Source: an uncultured Bacteroidales bacterium
Lineage (GTDB): Bacteria; Bacteroidota; Bacteroidia; Bacteroidales; JAGOPY01
Length of the DNA: 64,000 nt
Assembly: GCA_964619555.1 (NCBI GenBank)
Contig: CAZUDV010000006.1
Span: forward strand, 178,394-242,393
Reading direction: 5' to 3'
The notes beneath the pieces are model-generated. The model had not been told where the DNA came from and ran no database searches. It saw only the letters and a program-made list of their open reading frames with translations. The translations under genes were made by a program, and so were the position numbers. Shown one piece after another: positions 58,349 through 64,000 of this stretch (its first letter is position 1; every line of letters starts with the position of its first letter).

Positions 58349-59822
58349 TCAGATATTCTTTCTTTAAAACGGATTGATCAATTTTTCCATTGAGATTCAG
58401 GGGGAATTCATCAACAAAAATAATCTTTCCGGGCATCATATACCAGGGCAGGTTTTCCCGGCAATGAGCAGCAATTTCAAAACTTTCCGGAATCGAACCT
58501 TTTTCAGGTAAAACGAAAGCAATCAACGGATTGCCCGGATAGGACAGATCATCGTGCAAGACTACGGTCTGAGCAACAGAATTGAGATTGTTGATGGTGT
58601 ACTCAATTTCCTTCAGGTTCACCCGGTATCCGGAGACTTTCACTTCCGAATCCAGGCGACCGGTATAGAACAGATCGCCATCCTTATCGGCGTAGACGAT
58701 ATCGCCTGTTTTGTAATACAATGCATTAGATTGATTATCAAAGAAGAAAGCTTGTTTATCCGCTTCCGGATTTTCAAAATAAGAGGAGATAACCTGTATT
58801 CCTTTCAGGCAGAGTTCACCCGGGGCAGGGATGCTGATTTCATCATCAACCTGTGAAGTCATTAAAATTTTATAGTCGTTGTTCTCGAATATTTTTCCAA
58901 TCGATACAATTCCAAGATCCTGCTTCGCATCCCTCATTTCCACAGGCAATTCGTAGTGAGAGATGGCGATGGTTGCTTCGGTAGGGCCATAGAGGTTAAT
59001 GATCCGGGAACCGGGCACGGCATTTTGCCAGTCGTAAGCAGTTCTGGCATAAAGGGGTTCTCCGCAAAAAAAACTATAGCGGATAGAAGGGAATGCATTT
59101 TCTTTCAGCATTCTCATCCGGCCCATAAGGTTTATGACAGATGGAACTGAAAACCAGACTGTTGGTTTCTTTTCGCGAATAAATTTCACCAAATGGAATG
59201 AGGTTGCATCTTCCGGTACACAAAGACAGGCGCCGGCTGACCAGCATAAGAACAGATCGTGCACGCTCAGGTCGAATGTTAGATCGAAGTTCTGAGTAAA
59301 CCGGTCATCGGGATTAAAGTCGTAAGCAGCCAGCAAGTATTCCAGGTATGCCGAAACATTTCTTTGCGATATCTGCACTCCTTTTGGCAGGCCGGTAGTA
59401 CCTGAAGTAAACAGCAGGTAAGCCGGATCAGGTGGCCTGGCAACCTGTGAGGTCACCTGTGAGGTCACCTGTGAGGTCAGTTTCCCCTCCCTGATCAAAG
59501 TACTTACCCCGGCTTTTTCCATCATATAGTGATTTCTTGCGTCCGGGAAATTCGGATTGAGGGGCAGGTAACCTTTACCGGACATGAGGATGCCCAGTAT
59601 GGCAGCATAACACTCCATCGATTTATCTGCCCAAACCGCTGCAAAGGGCCGGTCATCCGAGGAACTCCGGATCAGATCTGCAAATTGGCCGGCCGATTCG
59701 GCCAATTGACCGTAGGTCAGTATGACAGGTCCCTTTTCGATGGCTGGCCGGTCGGGGAACTTTGCGGCGGATTCCAGGAATCTTTGCGCCATGGTTTTGT
59801 ATGGACTATAGGCATCCTGCAT
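58338..59822 (-). CDS. stand-alone adenylation enzyme (ANL superfamily, DltA-like amino acid--carrier protein ligase) (operon gene F)
   Basis: Start at ATG 59822, 2 nt after the upstream stop. Core motifs LFTSGTTGLPKG, YGPTEATI, YKTGDIV, GRLDSEVKVSGYRVNLKEIE and NGKID. Confidence 0.9.
   Translation of the reverse strand: MQDAYSPYKTMAQRFLESAAKFPDRPAIEKGPVILTYGQLAESAGQFADLIRSSSDDRPFAAVWADKSMECYAAILGILMSGKGYLPLNPNFPDARNHYMMEKAGVSTLIREGKLTSQVTSQVTSQVARPPDPAYLLFTSGTTGLPKGVQISQRNVSAYLEYLLAAYDFNPDDRFTQNFDLTFDLSVHDLFLCWSAGACLCVPEDATSFHLVKFIREKKPTVWFSVPSVINLMGRMRMLKENAFPSIRYSFFCGEPLYARTAYDWQNAVPGSRIINLYGPTEATIAISHYELPVEMRDAKQDLGIVSIGKIFENNDYKILMTSQVDDEISIPAPGELCLKGIQVISSYFENPEADKQAFFFDNQSNALYYKTGDIVYADKDGDLFYTGRLDSEVKVSGYRVNLKEIEYTINNLNSVAQTVVLHDDLSYPGNPLIAFVLPEKGSIPESFEIAAHCRENLPWYMMPGKIIFVDEFPLNLNGKIDQSVLKKEYLNGK
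59444..59479. repeat. perfect 12-bp tandem repeat x3 inside the adenylation gene
   Basis: cctgtgaggtca x3 on the plus strand. On the coding strand it encodes (TSQV)3 immediately N-terminal to the LFTSGTTGLPKG motif. Confidence 0.9.
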
Positions 59823-59824
59823 GA

Positions 59825-61018
59825 TCAGCCCTCTTCTATCATTAAAAGTGCATCGCAAAAGAATTTGGTTGCCCAGTTGGGGAAAGCAAACGGCTCATAT
59901 CGCCCCCAAATGGGGTAAGAACCCGGAATGGCACCGCCGGTCATTACCCGTTCCGTGGTTTCACGGGATTGTATCGAGATCAGGTAATTGATCATACGAT
60001 TTGATGCTACTCCGAAATCATCCCCGAATTCTTGTTGACAGAGTTTCTTCCAAACGATTGCCATCTGGGCACCGCCGGTGCAGATAAAAAACTCCCTGCC
60101 ATGCCAACTGCGGTCATAACGGCCATTGAGGCTCCCATACGAAAGGAAGATATCTTTCAATCGGCCTGCTCCTGTGGCTGCTGCCTGTATATATCGGCCA
60201 TCATCCAGAAGAACTGAGCAATCTATCAAACCATCCAGCGTATAGGCGATTGTGTGAAGGATCGGCTTGTCATTCCTTTTTATAGTATTATCGCAATCTT
60301 CAAACCAGCCATTGGGCAACATTTTCCGGTTCACTACCCAATCCAGGTTCCTGATGGCAGCTTCCCGGAAGATCGCATTACCGGACAACTGCGACAATTC
60401 AATCAGGGGCGCATCTACAAAAGTGTCATATACCCTGGCCTGTTCCATCAGTGCATGCTGTTTCCAGTATCCATCCGGATGCTGGATCCGGATCAACCAG
60501 TGACCCGCTTTTTCAGCCGATTCCAGGTACTTTTTATCTCCGGAGTATTTATAGGCGGCAATCATACCCCTGATGACCTGACCTGTATTGAAAACGATCT
60601 CCCGTTTGTTTTCATTAATCCTTCCTCCCTGCCACCCCCCGCTTTCCTTCTGAATCTCCAGCAGAAAATCTGCAGCTTTCACAGCAGCATCAATGGCAGG
60701 AGGAAATTGATACTTCGCATGATAATTGATCAGGGTGGGTAAGATATAACCGGTAGTTTCCGGATAGGAAGAAGACCAGCCATTAGCCAGGTGATAGGAA
60801 CAAAAACCACTGTCAATCGTCGCTTTCTGTGCTGTTATCAGCCAATTTATCCCGGCTTCAAGGGCATTTCTTACCTCCCATCCTGGCAAATCCGCACGGT
60901 CAGCCTTTCTGGCTCCAAATAAATAATACCGCCTGAAGTCGGACCATAATAACCGACGTTCAGGACGTAAAGCCGTTTTCAGAAAATAAATGGCGTATAA
61001 CTTTAAGCTTTGAAGCAT
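59825..61018 (-). CDS. alpha/alpha-toroid protein, terpene cyclase/prenyltransferase-repeat-like (operon gene G)
   Basis: 397 aa. Contains SYPETTGYILPTL, LEIQKESGGWQGG and IQHPDGYW, which resemble the QxxxGGW-type repeats of alpha/alpha-barrel families. Function unknown. Confidence 0.45.
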   Translation of the reverse strand: MLQSLKLYAIYFLKTALRPERRLLWSDFRRYYLFGARKADRADLPGWEVRNALEAGINWLITAQKATIDSGFCSYHLANGWSSSYPETTGYILPTLINYHAKYQFPPAIDAAVKAADFLLEIQKESGGWQGGRINENKREIVFNTGQVIRGMIAAYKYSGDKKYLESAEKAGHWLIRIQHPDGYWKQHALMEQARVYDTFVDAPLIELSQLSGNAIFREAAIRNLDWVVNRKMLPNGWFEDCDNTIKRNDKPILHTIAYTLDGLIDCSVLLDDGRYIQAAATGAGRLKDIFLSYGSLNGRYDRSWHGREFFICTGGAQMAIVWKKLCQQEFGDDFGVASNRMINYLISIQSRETTERVMTGGAIPGSYPIWGRYEPFAFPNWATKFFCDALLMIEEG

Positions 61019-61063
61019 TGGGGCCCAATGGTTTCAGCATCCCATAAATTTGGAATACCGAAA

Positions 61064-61071
61064 CAAAGATA
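61064..61071 (-). promoter_or_regulatory. -7 box (TATCTTTG on the minus strand) for the seven-gene operon
   Basis: Exact TAnnTTTG match, 45 nt upstream of ATG 61018, in the region shared divergently with dnaX. Confidence 0.45.
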
Positions 61072-61098
61072 CTTAAGTCTTTTAAAAGGAAATCTTAC

Positions 61099-61106
61099 TA
61101 TTTTTG
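61099..61106 (+). promoter_or_regulatory. -7 box TATTTTTG for dnaX
   Basis: Exact match, 26 nt upstream of ATG 61133. Confidence 0.45.
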
Positions 61107-61132
61107 AGCGGCAGGAAAGCCCTGAAAAATCT

Positions 61133-62917
61133 ATGGATAATTTTGTCGTATCAGCCAGGAAATACCGGCCTTCCACATTCGACAGCGTGGTTGGCCAGGA
61201 ATCGATCACATCAACCTTAAAAAATGCCATCCGGAACAAACAACTGGCACAGGCTTTCCTTTTTTGCGGCCCCAGGGGTGTCGGAAAAACCACGTGTGCC
61301 CGGATCCTGGCGAAGACCATTAACTGCTTCAATCCGGTCAACCAGGTCGAGGCCTGCAATACCTGCGAGTCTTGCCTGTCATTCAACCGGTCGGCTTCTT
61401 TCAATATCCATGAACTCGATGCCGCCTCAAATAATTCGGTGGAAGATATCCGCAACCTGGTGGAACAGGTCCGGATCCCGCCTCAGGTTGGCAGGTACAA
61501 GGTCTATATCATCGATGAGGTCCATATGCTATCAGCAGCGGCGTTTAACGCCTTCCTGAAAACTCTGGAAGAGCCTCCCGATTATGCCAAATTCATCCTG
61601 GCCACAACTGAAAAGCATAAAATTATCCCAACCATTCTTTCCCGGTGCCAGATATTTGATTTCCGCAGGATAGTCGTTAAGGACATTGCTGACCACCTGG
61701 CTTATGTTGCTAAGAATGAAGGAGTAACGGTTGAGGAGGAAGCCCTTCATGTCATAGCACAGAAGGCAGATGGCGCTATGCGGGATGCGCTTTCCTTTTT
61801 TGACCAGCTGGTTAGTTTTGCCGGAGACAACCTGACCTATGCCATGGTCACGGAACATCTCAACATTCTGGACCATACTTATTATTTCCGGATCATGGAC
61901 CAGGTGCTCAACCAGGATACGACAGGTATTTTGTTGACCATCAACGAGATTATTGACAGGGGTTTCGACGGGCAGCATTTCCTGATCGGTTTCGGAGAAC
62001 ATCTGAGGAGCCTTTTGGTCAGTAAAGATCCGGCAACGGTCAAACTGATGGAAGTGAGCCAGAACCTGCAGGAAAAATACCTGCAACAGGCTGCCCGCTG
62101 CTCCCCGGCCCTCCTGCTCAAAGCCCTGGAGATCCATAACCAGCACGACCAGGGCTATCGCACGAGTAACAACAAACGTCTGCAACTGGAGTTATGTCTG
62201 CTTCAGATCTGCACAGCCGCTGCCGTTACCCAACCTCTGGCAGAAGAAAAAAAAAACTCTCTGATTCCGCCTGAAGGCGGTCAGCAGTCGGCGGTCGGCG
62301 GTCGGCAGTCGGCGGTCGGCGGTCAGCAGTCGGCGGTCGGCGGTCAGCAGTCGGCGGTCGGCAGTCGGCAGTCGGCGGTCGGCGGTCAGCAGTCGGAGTC
62401 TGGTAGTTTTCCAACTGTCAAAAAGACGCAGAATGAAGTATCAGCGTCAACTCCCGGGACTTCCAGAACCATTTCGATCAAATTGGAAAATCATCGCCCC
62501 AGACAGTCAAATGGAAATGCTGAACCTGATAATCCCACGATTGTTCTGCAAAAGGAATTTACCCAGGAAAAACTGGATAAAGTATGGACCTATTACACGG
62601 AAAGCATTGCTGGTCAATATCCCAATTTTTACAGTATTTTATCCACCCGGAAACCAGTTTTGAAAGACAATTTCGTGATCGAACTGCTATTGGATAACCG
62701 GGCACAGGAGATGACTTTACGTGATAGAAAAAGCGATCTTATCGAGTTCCTTCGAAGTGAACTGCAAAATCAAAAAATCATACTGGATTCGATCCTCGTG
62801 GAGAGCGATTCACCATCAAAACCTTACACTCCCGAGGAAAAATTCAAAGCCATGGCCGAAAAGAATCCCTCTCTTAATTCCCTTAAGGATAAACTGGACC
62901 TGGAACTGGAGCTATAG
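61133..62917 (+). CDS. dnaX: DNA polymerase III subunit tau (and possibly gamma)
   Basis: Start moved to ATG 61133, giving MDNFVVSARKYRPSTFDSVVGQ. Contains GPRGVGKTT (P-loop), the zinc module CNTCESC, IIDEVHML and SRCQIF. The C-terminal half is low-complexity. Confidence 0.9.
   Translation: MDNFVVSARKYRPSTFDSVVGQESITSTLKNAIRNKQLAQAFLFCGPRGVGKTTCARILAKTINCFNPVNQVEACNTCESCLSFNRSASFNIHELDAASNNSVEDIRNLVEQVRIPPQVGRYKVYIIDEVHMLSAAAFNAFLKTLEEPPDYAKFILATTEKHKIIPTILSRCQIFDFRRIVVKDIADHLAYVAKNEGVTVEEEALHVIAQKADGAMRDALSFFDQLVSFAGDNLTYAMVTEHLNILDHTYYFRIMDQVLNQDTTGILLTINEIIDRGFDGQHFLIGFGEHLRSLLVSKDPATVKLMEVSQNLQEKYLQQAARCSPALLLKALEIHNQHDQGYRTSNNKRLQLELCLLQICTAAAVTQPLAEEKKNSLIPPEGGQQSAVGGRQSAVGGQQSAVGGQQSAVGSRQSAVGGQQSESGSFPTVKKTQNEVSASTPGTSRTISIKLENHRPRQSNGNAEPDNPTIVLQKEFTQEKLDKVWTYYTESIAGQYPNFYSILSTRKPVLKDNFVIELLLDNRAQEMTLRDRKSDLIEFLRSELQNQKIILDSILVESDSPSKPYTPEEKFKAMAEKNPSLNSLKDKLDLELEL
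62247..62256 (+). other. A10 homopolymer in dnaX: candidate transcriptional-slippage or frameshift site
   Basis: The sequence gaa gaA AAA AAA AAc lies at about codon 372-375 of 594. The -1 frame stops at 62272-62274 and the +1 frame at 62262-62264. Confidence 0.3.
62277..62402. repeat. in-frame heptanucleotide array, 18 units, consensus GCRGTCR, inside dnaX
   Basis: gcggtca, gcagtcg, gcggtcg ... for 126 bp (42 codons). It encodes six 7-aa units (GGQQSAV / GGRQSAV). Confidence 0.85.
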
Positions 62918-62953
62918 CCCGGATTGGAACAGTTAAATCCTTTCAACTGTTAA

Positions 62954-63014
62954 CCTGAAAACTCAACTTTGAATCCTAAAACTCAACTTTGAACCTTGAA
63001 CTTTGAATTTTGAA
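62954..63014. repeat. imperfect direct repeats ending in YYTTGAA heptamers
   Basis: cctgaaaactcaactttgaa, then cctaaaactcaactttgaa, then ccttgaa, ctttgaa, ttttgaa. Located between convergent dnaX and the methyltransferase gene. Confidence 0.6.
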
Positions 63015-63020
63015 CTGACT

Positions 63021-63872
63021 TCAGTGGTTCCCGCAACAGACATGATCTTCCTCACCTGCATGGCAACATGGTTTTGAAGCAGTCAGAGTTACGACGTAAA
63101 TACCGGGTTCTCCTTCCCTGAATTCCTTTGCTTCTTCCGGAGGAAGATAATAATGCAGCATGGCATCCGGTAATTCCAGTTTTTTCTGTTCATACACCAT
63201 AACATCCTCAAATCCAGCCTGATCAAGCATGTGAACATATTGTTCCAAAGTCTGGCTACCGGCCATACAACCTACGTACATTTCCGCATCCAGTTTAAGT
63301 CCTTTGGGCATTTCGCCTTTTATCATGATCTCGGAAAGGGCCAGGTGACCATGGTGTTTTAAAATCCGGTAAATCTCCCGGAATGCGGTATTTTTATCGG
63401 GGACCATATTCATGATGCCGTTACCGATAACCACATGGGCAGATTTTTCACTTACCGGCAGGTTTTCGATCTCACCGGTACGGAACTCGACGTTGTTATA
63501 TCCGGCGGATTCAGCATTCTTACGTGCCTTTTCCACCATTCGGGCCGTCATGTCCACTCCGATCACTTTACCTGTCGGACCGGTGATCTCGCGGGCCAGG
63601 AAACTGTCCATTCCAGCTCCGGCTCCCAGGTCAACCACTGTATCCCCGGACTTGATGCCAGCGTACCTGGAAGGCATTCCCACACCTAAACCAAGATCAG
63701 CATAAGGATGATACCCCGGCTCGTCGTAATATTCGACCTCACCTGTTGAAGAATGACAACCGCATCCGCTGCCGCAACCACATTCTTCTTCAATAAATTC
63801 TTCGCTTTGATAGGCTATATTGTCAAATCTCTGCCTGAGATTATCTTTTATTTCTTCTGCAGTGTTCTTCAT
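63021..63872 (-). CDS. class I SAM-dependent methyltransferase, ArsM-like with Cys-rich termini
   Basis: 283 aa. Contains VVDLGAGAGMD, VIGVDMTARMVEKAR, NVEFRTGEIENLP and YVGCMAGS. N-terminal CGCGSGCGC and C-terminal CCHAGEEDHVCCGNH. Confidence 0.7.
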   Translation of the reverse strand: MKNTAEEIKDNLRQRFDNIAYQSEEFIEEECGCGSGCGCHSSTGEVEYYDEPGYHPYADLGLGVGMPSRYAGIKSGDTVVDLGAGAGMDSFLAREITGPTGKVIGVDMTARMVEKARKNAESAGYNNVEFRTGEIENLPVSEKSAHVVIGNGIMNMVPDKNTAFREIYRILKHHGHLALSEIMIKGEMPKGLKLDAEMYVGCMAGSQTLEQYVHMLDQAGFEDVMVYEQKKLELPDAMLHYYLPPEEAKEFREGEPGIYVVTLTASKPCCHAGEEDHVCCGNH

Positions 63873-63893
63873 ATGGAGTTAATTTATGAAGTG

Positions 63894-63901
63894 CAAAAGT
63901 A
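63894..63901 (-). promoter_or_regulatory. -7 box (TACTTTTG on the minus strand) for the methyltransferase gene
   Basis: Exact TAnnTTTG match, 21 nt upstream of ATG 63872. Confidence 0.4.
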
Positions 63902-63947
63902 GCCCAGGAAAATCAGGTAAAATGTTAAAATATTGTTAATAAGCAAT

Positions 63948-63973
63948 CAGGGCAATCCGTCCGGATTGCCCTG
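63948..63973. terminator. perfect 12-bp inverted repeat (hairpin)
   Basis: CAGGGCAATCCG-TC-CGGATTGCCCTG. It probably terminates a minus-strand gene that ends near the right edge of the window. Confidence 0.4.
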
Positions 63974-64000
63974 CCTACGACATAGGGATTTTTACTATTC

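Noticed and set aside
61003-62185. Minus-strand ORFs of 150 and 217 aa opposite dnaX
   Set aside because: They are antisense shadows. The dnaX frame carries the P-loop, zinc module and SRC motifs.
62226-62414. ORF encoding PTADRRPP repeats
   Set aside because: It is the reverse-frame reading of the dnaX heptamer array and has no independent support.
1-64000. Search for prophage, integron, transposon, toxin-antitoxin or known defence-system genes
   Set aside because: No integrase, transposase, recombinase, nuclease-ATPase pair or reverse transcriptase signature appeared in any of the listed translations.

Overview
This 64 kb window looks like a chromosomal segment of a Bacteroidota bacterium. 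Supporting evidence: exact TAnnTTTG -7 promoter boxes upstream of many genes, type IX secretion (T9SS) components, a DUF4271-hemD pair, and a Na+-NQR respiratory complex. About 55 protein genes and one tRNA-Gln are supported. I saw no rRNA, CRISPR array, transposase, integrase or phage genes.

Most of the window is housekeeping:
- tRNA-Gln, rimP, nusA and infB.
- purA, fur and relA/spoT.
- gap and lepA.
- yebC and acs.
- adk, hemD and rnpA.
- cdd and a trmH-family gene.
- apbE plus nqrFEDCBA.
- dnaX.

Accessory or unusual content:
1. A tightly coupled seven-gene minus-strand operon (54495-61018). It encodes an alpha/alpha-toroid protein, a stand-alone DltA-like adenylation enzyme, a carrier protein, three different N-acyltransferase folds and a deacetylase-like protein. 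The usual downstream partners of such adenylation/carrier pairs are absent. This is my best candidate for an undescribed system.
2. A GAPDH paralog without the catalytic cysteine, joined to the real gap gene by an ATGA overlap.
3. Five or more independent heptanucleotide tandem-repeat arrays. One pair forms a 191-bp inverted-repeat element, and one 126-bp array lies in frame inside dnaX.
4. An A10 tract in dnaX at the position where other bacteria make a truncated gamma subunit, with stops soon after in both alternative frames.
5. A porin / acs / MFS / Pat-like acetate module.
6. An NqrM-like four-cysteine miniprotein next to apbE-nqr.
7. A DUF134 / NifX-like / ferredoxin / methionine gamma-lyase string.

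All calls rest on reading the translations and the DNA by eye. No database searches were run.
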